NCBI GenBank assembly: GCA_951406725.2
Contig: OX597815.1
Location: 23,684,001 to 23,748,000, forward strand
From: Octopus vulgaris
Lineage: Eukaryota
Reading direction: 5' to 3'
Length of the DNA: 64,000 bases
Below the pieces are notes generated by a model. The model saw only the letters and a list, made by a program, of their open reading frames with translations, was not told where the DNA came from and did no database searches. Below are positions 26,372 through 39,526 of this stretch, in pieces. The position numbers were made by a program, and so were the translations under genes. Numbering within the stretch: the stretch's first letter is position 1; every line of letters begins with the position of its first letter.

Positions 26372-26575
26372 ATGTATGTATGTATGTATTTCAGCATGTA
26401 TGTCATTATTCAGTTTTATTTCAAGATTTCTTGCTAATTGAGAAAGAGCCTGTTTCAAACCTATATCCAAGGCTCCTTCACTGGAATTTCAACATCAACA
26501 AGTTAATTTTGTATGTATGTATGTATGTATGTATGTATGTATGTATGTATGTATGTATGTATGTATGTATATATA
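25940..26575 (+). repeat. (TATG)n array containing a LINE 3' UTR (26388-26510, -)
   Basis: The insert matches 39527-39630. Confidence 0.85.
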
Positions 26576-26897
26576 TATGCATGCATATATGTATGCATGC
26601 TTATATGTATATGTGTACGTACTTGCATTTATATGCGCATAAATGTCGTTTCTTTTTAAATAGCTACAGGACTATATTTGAATAAATTAAAATATAATTA
26701 TTTAGGATTTATTCGTTCGGTAATTTGCTCTCTCTTTCCGTTTCTCCCCTTCCTTTCTGCCCCTATTTGTATTACTTCAGGTCATTGATCCCCAAATTTT
26801 ATATTTCTTTAAGAAGCTTGCCAAGGACTTTTACAACATTCAGTTGTATAAAAGTAAATGCTGCCTTTTACAAATGCATGTGTACACACATATTCAG

Positions 26898-26967
<70 letters not shown>

Positions 26968-27376
26968 TCATTACATGTACATGTTATTAAATATACATTT
27001 ATGACATACGTAGCAATCATATATACTTCCATACATAAATAAATACAAGAGAAAGAGGCCATCTATTGACCAAAACTGAGGAGTTTGCAAATCCAGTACC
27101 AAAGATACACTTTCAGCTTGATGCTCTTTATTACTGGAGTAACGGGATGCATACCAACCCGTCAGGAGCAAAGTTTGACATAACATGAGTTCTTGGAGGG
27201 AGAACTCAAATCTTTAATTCATACACAACAAATGATTACAATATCTGGGATTATAAATATCCACAAGACCTTATAATTTACAGGGCGATGAACAAAATAA
27301 GACCCTTTCCCTCAAAACCTTGCTACCACATTGCAGGTCAAAGTTTAATCTAAATTAAAGAGAAAGAGAACATATA

Positions 27377-28536
27377 TCTTTATATATATAAAACTGAGAA
27401 TGTGTGTCTGTCTGTGTGTTTCCCTAAAACTTGAGAACTACACAACCAATTTCATTCAAATTTTACACATGCCTTACTTAGGGTCCGGGGAGTGTCATCG
27501 GCAAAAAAATGTTCAACTTCTTGCCTAGAGCGAGCCCATAGCAATATCATATCTTCTCCACTACGATTCCCTAAAACTTGAGAACTACACAACCAATTCC
27601 ATTCAAATTTTACACAGGCCTTACTTAGGGTCCATGTAGTTTCATGGGCAAAAAAAATGTTCAACTTCTTGCCTAGAGCGAGCCCATAGCAATATCATAT
27701 CTTCTCCACTATTTCAGTATTACGTGTTAAAAGTGAAACAAAAACGTTTCTGTATTTTATGTCAGATGCTTTCACTTTAACAATAAAAATAATAATAACA
27801 ATTGAATTATGTAAGTAATAATTAAAATCAAACTAAAGTAACATGACAAAAGTAAAAATAGCAATTGGTATAAAATTGCATCAATGATTTGAAATTGAAT
27901 AAGTGGTTTTACATGAATGGGAATAAATTAAAAATAAAATTAGCGTGCAGAATTGGAATAGTCCAGATGGATAATAAAAAATTAAATTAAAGAAAAGACT
28001 ATTGTCTATAAAGTATACAATGTAGAGAAAAAAGAAGATTTGAACACGTGGAGGAAAGCACCTTCGAAAAGTGTCTTGGTGCGACTATGAAAGGTATCTA
28101 ATCAGAGGTGGTAAATTCGCCACAATAGAAACAAGGTTCGAGTCAACGGAGCGTGCAAGGGAGTACTCGACTCGAACTTGCAAAGTGGAAATATTTTATT
28201 TTTACCTTTATATCTGGGACGTAAGACGTCCCAGAAAAAAATTTTTAATGACCCCCCCCCCAGAAGTAGAGGTAAGCTGGATTGTAGCCACACTTCTATA
28301 CAAGAGGGAGGACAAGATACAATTGATCGAAATTACAAGAGACGGGCTAACAATTCCAGTCTGTTATATATTTTGAGTATTGTTATCACTAGCGATATCA
28401 AGATATAACTTTGTATTTTGTATTTTATGTGTAGATGTATATATATATAGATGTACATGTAATATGTACACATATATATATACATATATACATGCACTAG
28501 CACTATAACCCGGCAACGACGGGTCTTTAATGCTAG
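27377..28536 (+). mobile_element. Non-autonomous Helitron
   Basis: 5' TC after A, 3' hairpin cccggcaacgacggg then CTAG before T, internal ~150-bp tandem duplication at 27418-27711. Confidence 0.8.
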
Positions 28537-28544
28537 TATATCTA

Positions 28545-28780
28545 TATGTGTGTCCTTGAGCAAGATACTTTCTTTCACGTTGCTTCCAATCCACTCAGTT
28601 GATAAACATGAGTTGTACTTGTCCAATTTGGTATGTCACGTTGAACTTTCCTGAGAACTACGTTAAGGACAAGCGTGTCTGTGGAGCGCTCAGCCACTTG
28701 CACGCTAATATCACGCGCAGGGTGTTCAGCTATCGAATCAGCTGGAACACTCGTCATCGTAACCGACGGAATGCTCAACC
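28545..28780 (+). mobile_element. SINE family C-related 3' part
   Basis: gagaactacgttaagg...ctcagccactt...gtaaccgacgga shared with 50290-50412. Confidence 0.75.
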
Positions 28781-29079
28781 CGCCCCCTTTCCGTTTATAT
28801 ATTTTTCACGCTGACATAGGTCATAGCCCCAAGTAATTTCTGATTAGTTATGGAGCACACTCAGTGACTAAATGCCTCGTTTAGACGAATTAAGATATGA
28901 GTCTAGTGCGCTATGTGTGTGTCTCGGCACTCTCCCACCGCGCACACACACAGGGGCTCATACATTAAAAACGAATATATTATTTTGACTAACTGAATTA
29001 AAAACAACTGGAGGCAATACATTAACCCCGACGTATCCATAAACACAACACACACATTCACACAAGCATACATGCAAGT

Positions 29080-29316
29080 ATACCTATGTATGTGTATATA
29101 TATATATGTATATGTATATATATATATGTATACACACACACACGTACTCACACGCACACACATACACACACACACATATATATGAATGTATGTATGTATG
29201 TACGTGTATATATTTATGTATGCGCATGTGTGTATGTAGTGTATATGTTAAACTAATGCTTCGAGTTGTTTCTTAATATTCATATATGTGTGTGTATGCA
29301 TGTGTGTGAGTGTGTA

Positions 29317-29347
<31 letters not shown>

Positions 29348-29674
29348 GCATATGTATATGTATATATGTATGAATGCATATATATATATATATACATATA
29401 TATATATTCATATAGACACACACATATACATATATATGCATATATGTTTTCATATATATAAATATGTGAGCGTGTGTGCATACATGTATGTATGTATGTA
29501 TGTATGTGTGTATGTATGTATGTATGTATGTGTATGTGTGTATATGTGTATGTATGTATGTATGTTTGTATGTATGTATGTATGTATGTATGTATGTATG
29601 TATGTTTGTATGTATGTATGTGTATGTGTGTATATGTGTATGTATGTATGTATGTTTGTATGTATGTATGTGTA

Positions 29675-29707
<33 letters not shown>

Positions 29708-29740
29708 ATGTGTGTATATGTGTATGTATGTGTGTATGGC
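29080..29740 (+). repeat. Compound TA/TG/TATG microsatellite field
   Basis: Seen directly. Confidence 0.93.
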
Positions 29741-30124
29741 TGGCTGTCTGGCTGGATGTGCTGTAACGTAAGCGTTTATGTAATTCATGCAAAGCCGTTT
29801 CTCGCGTCATTTGGGGCACATTAACTCAATGATTCTCAGCTAAGCTGGGATTTACTGGGAAAGACCGTTCAGTAAACAGTCAAACCAATTCTCAAATTGA
29901 CATGTGAATCATGCAAATGATGTTCTCTCATAACAACAAGTCCAATCTTCTAAAGCGCATCGACACCGGAAACTTCATTTCAAAACATCACAAATACTTT
30001 TATTATCGACATCATAGTATTTCACAATATTGTGCGTTAGTATGTAAGGGGTGGTGGTGGTGGCAGAAAGAGAAATAGACAGATAGAAAGTGGGAAAGAG
30101 AGTGAGTGTGTGTATCACCACACT

Positions 30125-30880
30125 CGGAGAGCTGGCAGAAGCGTTAGCGCGCCGGGTGAAATGCGTAGCCGTATTTCGTCTGCCGTTACGTTCTGAGTTC
30201 AAATTCCGTCGAGGTCGACTTTGCCTTTCATCCTTTCGGGGTCGATAAATTAAGTACCAGTTATGCACTGGGGTCGATATAATCGACTTAATCCGTTTGT
30301 CTGTTCTTGCTTTTTAGTCTGCCGTTACGTTCTGAGTTCAAATTCTGCTGAGGACGACTTTGCCTTTCATCCTTTCGGGGTCGATAAATTGAGTACCAGT
30401 TACGTACTGGAGTCGATGTAATCGACTTAATCCGTTTGTCTGTCCTAGTTTGTCCCCTCTGTGTTTAGCCCCTTGTGGGTAGTAAAGAAATAGGTATTTC
30501 GTTTGCCGTTACGTTCTGAGTTCAAATTCCGCCGAGGTCGACTTTGCCTTTCATCCTTTCGGGGTCGATAAATTAAGTACCAGTTACGCACTGGGGTCGA
30601 TACAATCGACTTAATCCCTTTGTCCTTGTTTGTCCCCTCTGTGTGTAGCCTCTTGTGGGCAGTAAAGAAATAAGAATCGTTAGCACGCCGGGCGAAATCC
30701 TTAACGTTATTTCGTCTGTCACTACGTTCTGAATTCAAATTCCACCGAGGTCGACTTTGCCTTTCATCCTTTCGGGGGTGATTGAACAATTACCAGTTAC
30801 ACACTGGAGTCGATGTAATAGACTTATTTCCTTCCCCAAATTTGAGGCTTTGTGCTTCCAGGAGAAAGGATTATTTTTAT
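30125..30880 (+). mobile_element. SINE family B tetramer
   Basis: Four copies of gttctgagttcaaattc...cctttcatcctttcgggg with the same linker as 971-1537. Confidence 0.9.
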
Positions 30881-30884
30881 TATT

Positions 30885-31142
30885 ATTCAATAGTCTTCTT
30901 TTTATCACATGCTTTCACTGTAATACCGAGTGCAGCTCTGTGTGCCTTGGATATGTACTGTGTTTTGTAGAGGTGTTCTTATTTTCACTGTATTGAAAGT
31001 GGTTTACGTAGGATGTGTGCGGTACCTCGTAGTGCTATTTTCTGTATGTTATATATACTTGTAAGTCCTAGTATTTTTGTTACGTATTTGTCTGAAAATT
31101 ATTTTTGATCATACCTAATGCGCCTACTATGATAGGAATTGT
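30885..31142 (-). mobile_element. RLE-type (R4/Dong-like) LINE 3' end
   Basis: TIPIIVGALG...IQKIALRGTAHILRK.LS. Confidence 0.85.
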
Positions 31143-31182
31143 CATCATCATCACCACCACCACCACCACCACCACCACCACC

Positions 31183-31216
<34 letters not shown>

Positions 31217-31370
31217 TCACCACCACCACCATCACCATCATCATCATCATCATCATCATCATCTTCATCATCATCATCATCATCATCACCACCACCACCC
31301 TCCTCCTCCTCCTCCTCCTCATCATCATCATCATCATAATCACCACCACCACCACCATCATCATCATTAT
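31141..31370 (+). repeat. Compound (CAT)/(CAC)/(CTC) microsatellite
   Basis: Seen directly. Confidence 0.95.
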
Positions 31371-31377
31371 TTTATTT

Positions 31378-31835
31378 CTCAGAGCCCTCGGTGTTGTTTG
31401 CTCTTGTTGATTCCGTGAGAGCAGACTGCAACCTGCTGATGGCGATCTCACAGGGTCTTTTCCCGCACATTATTAGCATTGATACTCGATTGTTAATTAT
31501 TGTGGGAGACATTCAACATCCAAGTAACAATCTCAAAACCCTAGCTGCCCTCAGCAGAACAGTTTTTAGGGCTTGCTCTACTCTCATGTCAATTCCGATT
31601 TCTTTCACAAATTTCTCTATCTTGGTTGTCAGTGCTTCTAGTGCTCTTACAACAACTGGAATAACAGGCACATAGTCCACATTCTGTCAATTTCGTCTCT
31701 TAGTAGTTTGTACTTTTCAGTCTTTTCTAGTTCTTTGTCATTTATATGTGCATCCCCAGGTATTGTAATACCTATAATCTTGGATTCTTTTTTTCCTTTA
31801 TCTACCACCAAAATATCTAGTCTCCGAGCATGGAT
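31378..31835 (-). mobile_element. RLE-type LINE endonuclease remnant
   Basis: RRLDILVVDK...I.IPGD.....KE.EK.EKY..L..EI.RMW...IPVVV.AL. Confidence 0.85.
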
Positions 31836-31839
31836 TGTA

Positions 31840-32010
31840 TTGCTGGCAGAACCGTTACCGTGCCGGGTTAAATTTTAAGCGGTGTTTCGTCCGCCTCAAC
31901 GTTCTGAGTTGAGATTCCGCCGTGGTCGACTTTACCTTTTATGCTTTTGGGGTCGATGTAATCGACTTATCTCCTCCCCTGAAATTGCTGCCCTTGTGCC
32001 AAAAATTGAA
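31840..32010 (+). mobile_element. SINE family B monomer
   Basis: gctggcagaaccgtta...ggtcgacttt...cccttgtgccaaaa. Confidence 0.8.
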
Positions 32011-32224
32011 ATGATTATTATTATTTTTGTTGTTGTTGTTGTTATCGTTGTTATTGTTGTTTTTGCTCTGGTTGTTGTCCATTTGTCTTATTTTTATTGC
32101 TTAATTTTTGTTTCCAGCCACTAAATTCAGGTAGTTTCTATTTCCAGATCTTTATATTTAGATCATCTGTTGAGACTAACAACAATCGATAAGGAGGCAT
32201 TTCCCTGGTTGTTGTTGTTATCGT

Positions 32225-32900
32225 TGTTTTTGTCGTTTAGGTACTCCTTAACAACAACACGCGATTGAATATCCTTGATCTCTCTGTGTGCATTGGCATG
32301 TCCAAGAATATGGTTGCTTACTCACATTTGGAGGCCTTTTCCTGTGCATGTCTATACCATCTCTTTTCTCTTGGTATCTCGCAATACCAGCATAACTTCC
32401 AGTGTTTGTAAGCCCTAACTCTGTCATGTTTGTAGGTGTATTCTTTCTTGTTTACACCCAGGCAGCCGGAGATAATGTAGATAATTGTTCATTCCCCATT
32501 TCCACATATTTTGCAGAAACATACTGTATTCTGCTTCCCTCCAAGCTTCTGCTGGTTTCTAATGGAAAAAGCTTTGAACCTGTGTCGCAATGAGAAAACT
32601 TTCAGTCACTGCTTAGAGACTTGTGCTTCTGAATCAGTTTTGGAGTTCTTCTTTCTCCATTTCCACTCTGTTGAGCTTTTCAAGCATTGGACATACAAGG
32701 GCTTTCATTGCTATCATTTTATCCTGATGTTCTGTAGTCCCACTTCACGATTTCTGTCGTTGTTTCTCCATTTTCTTCGTAGTTTTCTGTTATTGCAGCT
32801 TCTACGTTATATTTGTTGGCTTTCTTGAAAACGAAAAATGTTTTTGTTTTGTTCATGCTCCGTATCTATTGCTATTAATTTATTTATGATTCCATACTAG
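32225..32900 (-). mobile_element. Decayed RLE-type LINE fragments
   Basis: Frameshifted RT and C-terminal-like pieces next to (TTC)n. Confidence 0.5.
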
Positions 32901-32904
32901 ATAT

Positions 32905-33055
32905 TTTCTTCTTCTTCTTCTTCTTCTTCTTCTTCTTCTTCTTCTTCTTCTTCTTCTTCTTCTTCTTCTTCTTCTTCTTCTTCTTCTTGTCATCATCATC
33001 ATCATCATCATCATCATCGTTGTCGTCGTCGTCGCTGTTGTTGTTGTTGTTGTTG

Positions 33056-33086
<31 letters not shown>

Positions 33087-33150
33087 CATTATCACCACCA
33101 CCACCACCACCATGGTGGTAGCAGCGATGATGCTGCTGATGGTGGTGGTC
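32905..33150 (+). repeat. Compound trinucleotide array TTC/CAT/GTC/GTT/ATT/CAC
   Basis: Seen directly. Confidence 0.95.
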
Positions 33151-34924
33151 ACAGAATATGTGACAAAAGAACCCTGACAAATTAAGTAATAATGATTATG
33201 ATAAAGCTAAAGTGAAGATCAAATAAATAGTGCGTGTATCTATTAGCAAAATGACCGTCCCCAAATATAACAATATTATTATATGAATATTCTTTCAAGG
33301 CAGTAGTCTTCGTTATATGCGTTATTTTATCACTTCCCAAAATAATTTTTATGAATGTTCAACGAAAGCTTCCACACCATGAGTAGTCATGAATATATTT
33401 GCCTTTATTGATTATATATATATATATATATATTTACCAAGCTACTGTAGTAGATTATAGCTCAGAGGGAAACCCCTGGCAGTCAATACATGTTTATTCA
33501 ATGCTAAAGTGAGAGAAATTGAATACTGCGAGCAAATTATTGTTACAAATCAATGTTTTTCGTGTTTTTTGGTTTTGCTTTATAGTCGATCTGATAATAC
33601 GGACTATTCAATCAGAAACATCCTAAATTGGCCTTTCGATTCTGCATATTTGTCATGGGAATGTTTTTAATACTCAGGGCAATAGTTTCTTCCTGTTCCT
33701 AGAACAAGGGACATAATTGGCTTAGCTATTGAGTTATCAAATAATTTCTATCCACGAATATTTTTCTTGCGTCCATTTTTATCAATAATTCCACGGAAAT
33801 GCAATTTACACATCTTGATGGTTTTCTGAGTGAAAGTTCTTCCATGAATTATCTCATAAATAAGAAGGAAAGTGACGTGTTATTTCGTAGGAATATTTGC
33901 TTTATAATATGTATTAGTAAATCAAATATTAATATTTCGTCTTATGCCATTCTTTCCACGAAAATCTCAGAGGTCATGTCAAGAATTTTTTTCTACTAGA
34001 TTTTCAATTTTCTACTCATTTATTCCTCTTTTACCCCACACCTTTCTGACTCTCTCTTGTATATCCTACATCTTCGTGCGTGTTTGTATTTAGTTTTGCA
34101 AAAAAACCTATATAAGGTTCTAATCCCATCACACACGAAAACTTACTTTGCTGCTGTCAGAAATCTTTAAGCGTCGATCATCGAAAGAACACGAGTAATA
34201 GAGTAATAATAGTTAGTATAAAACCTTATTCTTCAGCATGTGGCATTATAAAACAAAGCAAAAACACTGTGAGACTGAATTAGTAGAATCGCCCTCTACG
34301 ATTCGATTGGAATTTGTAATGCACAACAGGGCTTAAGCGAATGCTGCTAACATAATCAGATATAAGTCTCTTGCCCATAAGAACTCCATCACATGAAAAA
34401 GTACCTTTTAAAGAACAATGCGTTTTAGATAGAAGCAAACTTAAATTTACAGTGAATCAATTTTACTGTAAGGACACAATCTGATGACAATATATCACAA
34501 CCATCTTCAGAAATAACGCTACACTCTAAAAGATTGTCTTTCAGAAACGAAAGCAACAGAAGAAATTGAATGTCTGGATGAAAGCTACTGATGAAGATCT
34601 CCAGATATACCAGCTTTCGTCAGGTTGATGTAATACAGAGTATTCTGATATGAAAGTGTTTACTGTGTTGGTGTCTGGACATGTTGCATTTGCTTTGAAT
34701 GTATGTTGAGTGTATACTTTAGTATAGCTGTTGTTGTTTGGTTCCAGGTGAACCTATGATTGGATTGACATAAAACTAAAGACGTTCCAGTCGTGATCAA
34801 CCACCTTTCATCTTATATGTAATGAACCCTTTCCTTTTGTAACACAGTAACATGTGATTTGAAAGAAATTTAGCTCTTGTTTCGAGCAGGTCGAACGGCT
34901 GTTAAGACGCTCTTCTGGACTCGT

Positions 34925-35185
34925 CTTGTATAGCGGGTTCGAATCTCAGACCGGGCGAAGTATATGTTTATGAGCGAAACACCTAAGCTCCACGCGGCTC
35001 CGGCAGAAGGTAATGGCGAACTTCTGCTGGCTCTTTCGCTACAACTTTCTCTCACTCTTTCCTCCTGCATCTTGCAGCTCACCTGCGACGGACCGGCGTC
35101 CCGTCCAGGTGGGGGAACCTATACGCCAAGGAAACCGGGAAACCGGCCCTTATGAGCCAGGCATGGCTCGAGAAGGAACAAGCAA
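34925..35185 (+). mobile_element. SINE family C variant with a different 3' end
   Basis: gggttcgaatctcagaccgggcg...gagcgaaacacctaagctccacg. Confidence 0.75.
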
Positions 35186-35896
35186 ACAAGCTGTAGGTTA
35201 TGGTGATCTCCACAGCGGAGTTTGATAGTTCTCATCATTCCCTTATTTCTACCTGACCAATCAAGCTCTGTTTGGAGTTAATAAAATTATTGATTGGTTT
35301 GTTTTGTTTACTTGAATTGGATGAGAGGGACCTTGTTCCTGGTGTGTTATTGCAGATGAGCCTGGACGTTTGAAGGTGCCGGGAAATGATGTTGTGGGAA
35401 ATGTATAATTCAATGCAAAGCGGTCAAGTTCGTTTGGCTTTGTTATTCGGATTGAGGCATAAATTAAATCTCACTGGTTGAAAAGGAACAATTATTCTTA
35501 AATACACTCTTCATAAACTAGGCCGAAGTTAATAGATATAGGGGAAAATAGATTTTTTAACGATATTATTCACAATAACACACATATAAATTGCTCGAAA
35601 AGTTTGTTTCCAGAAATGTGACGAAAAGATTAATATGGTATATATATATATATATAAATATCTTGTATTAGTAATTTGTGGTAAATCATTTTACCTTTGC
35701 CCATATAATACAGTAAATGAATTGATTGCATCGCAATCCTTAACATTTATGTATTAACTTTGTTGGGTACTTCACTAGCAGTATATTGGATATATGTTAT
35801 CCCATGGAGGGTTGCATTTACAACCCCTATCTCAATTTGTAACTATAAATATATATATATATTTGTGTGTGTGTGTGTGTGTGTGTGTATACATAT

Positions 35897-36217
35897 ATAC
35901 ATTTAAGAGGAATGACCACTAGGTGGACTCATAATATGCTAAATGTAGACCCCATATGGTCTGACAACTAAGAAAATATTTTTCTCAAAAAAATTCGGCA
36001 AACGCCAGAATTTTTGCCGAATTTTCTTGCGAACAATATTTTCTGAGTGGTCAGACCATATGGGGTCTACATTTAGCATATAGGAATCCACCAAGTGGTC
36101 ATTCCTCTTATATGTATGTAATATAATTTTCTGAATCTTCAGATTTTTTCAATATGCTAGGTCACTGGTTTAAATTGATATTAATCAAATTAATATCAAT
36201 TTTTTACCCTTATTATT

Positions 36218-36220
<3 letters not shown>
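35897..36220. repeat. ~220 bp fold-back with asymmetric tail, between microsatellites
   Basis: Arms 35897-36002 and 36013-36117 are reverse complements. The tail ends at (TA)n. Confidence 0.85.
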
Positions 36221-36259
<39 letters not shown>

Positions 36260-36289
36260 ATATATGTATATATATATATATATAGTCAT

Positions 36290-36670
36290 ATCGAATAAAC
36301 AACGTTCAAAATAGCAATAACAAACAAGAAAACGTGCACATGGAATACATTAGTTTGACGCTCATTGAAAAGAAAGAGCTTTTGACGTTTCGAGCATAGC
36401 TCTTCATCGAAAAGGAAAAGGGGAAAAGGGAAAAGTTCAAAGAAAGAAAAAATAATCACCATCATTTTCTCTATCTCTTCCTACTTCTGGTTACTTCTGC
36501 AATGTAACTACACAAGAGCTGTTGGCAATTTTTTTTTCTGATTTGGACTTTTCCCTTTCTACTTTCCGACGAAGATCTATGCTCGAAACATCAAATTCTC
36601 TGTTTTCACCGAGCGTCAAGCTAATACACTTCTTGCGCACATCCTCTTGTTGTCCGTTAATTTTATTACC
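36290..36670. mobile_element. Penelope-type inverted repeat with two hammerhead motifs
   Basis: Arms about 36290-36430 and 36545-36670. Motifs at 36381-36413 (-, TCGATGA-A-GAGC.tat.GCTC-GAAA-CG-TC) and 36563-36595 (+, CCGACGA-A-GATC.tat.GCTC-GAAA-CA-TC). Confidence 0.7.
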
Positions 36671-38149
36671 GTAGTAACTGGCCTGTCGAGAGTGTTTATG
36701 CATTAAGTATATAACATAGATGGCTATTTTAAACTTAATACTAACTCAATTACATATACCTGATTTCTGTTCAGCCGGACAGCTATTCGCAACATCAGTG
36801 AATGTTTTATTCACTTTTTCCTACATTAAAAGCGACAAATTCTCATCCGAGCATGCGGCTGGCTGCGAATGCACGTGACTGAAAAGGTTTAAAAGGCCAA
36901 AATATACCTGGCGTTCTCGCGGCCCACTGCTGCGGCGAATTTTCCTTTCCTTCTGACATTTATCGTACTTTTAACACAGCGCTCTGTAAGAGGTGTTATC
37001 TCTGGAAAAATACCACAGTAATTGGGCTATCGACAGTATGTATACATTAAGTATGATACATAGATGGATATTTAGAGATATGTTTGTTGGGATATGAGTT
37101 TTAGCAGGAAGATGATGAAGTTACATTCAGTTTCTAGATATATCATGTTTTATTGTGTTATGAAGCGTATTTAAATGATTTGCGTGTATTTAGATGATTT
37201 ACGTTCGCTGCTTGTAGATATACGTAATTTATGATGATATTTCTATATTTTCGACATTCACGGTGTCTAGTAAGTAAAGAGTCTTCGCTTTCCTCTTCAC
37301 ATAGCTTGCTTTGTTTTCAAATCTGGAATATCAATTTGTGGCAGTATTGAATGTGTCGACTATTTCAATGTTTAGCCATTATTCTGGCCGAGACCTTCCC
37401 GCTTTAGATATACTGCATTTAGTAACACTAGACATGTTGTATTCTGAATTAAATGTTACAAAACATTTTCTCCCGTTCAACAAAGAGAATTTTTATTGTT
37501 ATAACAAGGAAGCCTAGCAGCAATGGAGAATCTCTCTCTCTCTCTCTACATGATACAGTTTAAATAAGTGTTTTTCTTATTCAATGCATGGTAACTATTG
37601 GACATTTGAACCGGGAAACAGTAAATGCAGACAGGATATAATTAGCCAATTCATTTTAATAAAATTTATTAAAACTTACACCTGTAATGGAGAGGAAAGA
37701 TAGTCGTCAACATTATAACATATTTTCGTCAATGAAGACAAACCCTGAGTTTGAATTAATTAAGATTAATAAAATATAGAATGTAGCAGGAAGAGAGTTT
37801 GATCTTTAGCAGTACGGTAACACACTGATAATGTTCTTACCTTGTTGGACTTCATCAACCAAACATAAATTAATCGTAATGCTAGATCTTAGAATGAGTG
37901 TAGGATATAGAATTTTAATACTTCGGCATACAGTGGTGAGATAACTTGAAATAATAACTATAGAAAATACCCAGGGACGCCTGCTGTGTGAAAAACAAAT
38001 AGTAAAGTAGGAAATAATGTAATGAGACAAGAAACATTAATTATTTAACATTATATCGGTAGTAAAGAGAAACATTATCTTAATGAGCGATTCTGGTTGA
38101 AAAATGGGTGACGCACATTAGAAAATCAAAATTGACAACAATGGTATCA

Positions 38150-38390
38150 AAGTATGGAGGCTTAGTGGTTAGGATGTCTCATTCATGATAGTAAGATTAT
38201 GGTTTCGATTCCTGAACTTGACGATACTTTGTGTTTTTAAGCAAAACACTTCGATTTCATGTTGTTCTAGTCCACTCAACTGACAAAAATGAGTGATCCT
38301 GCGACAAACCAGAGTCCCGTCCAGTGGGTGAAATATTTAAAGGCCATAGAATCAGGGGACAGGCTTAATGAGCTTTTGATTCGAGAAAGA
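38150..38390 (+). mobile_element. Old SINE family C-like copy
   Basis: tggaggcttagtggttagg...ggtttcgattcc...cccgtccag. Confidence 0.6.
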
Positions 38391-38977
38391 CCTTTGATCC
38401 ATTTTTATAGTATTAAAGTTATTTTAACAAATTTACAATCTGGAAAAAAAAAATGCCGATAAATAAAATAGGGCTTGTTGAATCGTCTTTTTCACAAATT
38501 GGAGAACAACATTATTTTAGTAATCAGAATAAACATTCTACTCTGATTCAATCATCTTAAATAGAAGTGGGGAAACATTTGTATTAGCATTCTATTAATA
38601 TGAAGATCCATCTGTGAACTCTATCTCTCAGTCAATCACAATCATCAGCTACAGCAATAAAATGATGATAGATAGAGTAAGAGAAATAAACAATGAAATC
38701 CATCCTCATTTATCGTCTGCACAGCTACCATCTAAGGATTTGACTTCGTTCAGGTATCACTGATACAGTTTCTCTTTTTGTAATGCAAGGTTGTTCGGTA
38801 CGTTCTCTCATATTTTCCAAACAGATGGTCTTTAGCACAAGAAAGTTTCGTAAAATTATAACGCAATCATTCGCCATCAGCAACTCTTTCAGCAAAATTC
38901 AGTGAATTAATCTAAATTGCCTATATAGCATTTTCTGGCTTTCATTTTTAATATGTTGCAGGATTTACAGACACAGA

Positions 38978-38979
<2 letters not shown>

Positions 38980-39064
<85 letters not shown>

Positions 39065-39092
39065 GCACGCACGCACACACGCACACACACAC

Positions 39093-39147
<55 letters not shown>

Positions 39148-39214
39148 GGAAGGTTGGATGAAATGATGATAGAAACAAAAGAAAGAAAAAGCAGAAAGAA
39201 GTGGTATTTGAATA

Positions 39215-39267
<53 letters not shown>

Positions 39268-39383
39268 CTGCGCGTAATTTTGATTGTGAAGATATCTGTG
39301 TGCATGTCTATATTTGAGTGTGACAGTTTGAAACTCAGTATATGCAATTCCCGTCTGTATGCGCATTTGTATATATGCGTATG

Positions 39384-39417
<34 letters not shown>

Positions 39418-39525
39418 TGTATGTATGTATGCATGTATGTATGTATGTGTGTATGTGTGTATGTATGTATGTATGCATGTATGTATGTATGTATGTATGT
39501 AAGTATGTGTGTATGTATGTATGTA
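38980..39525 (+). repeat. (CA)n, (TG)n and (TATG)n microsatellites
   Basis: Seen directly. Confidence 0.93.
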
Positions 39526-39526
39526 T

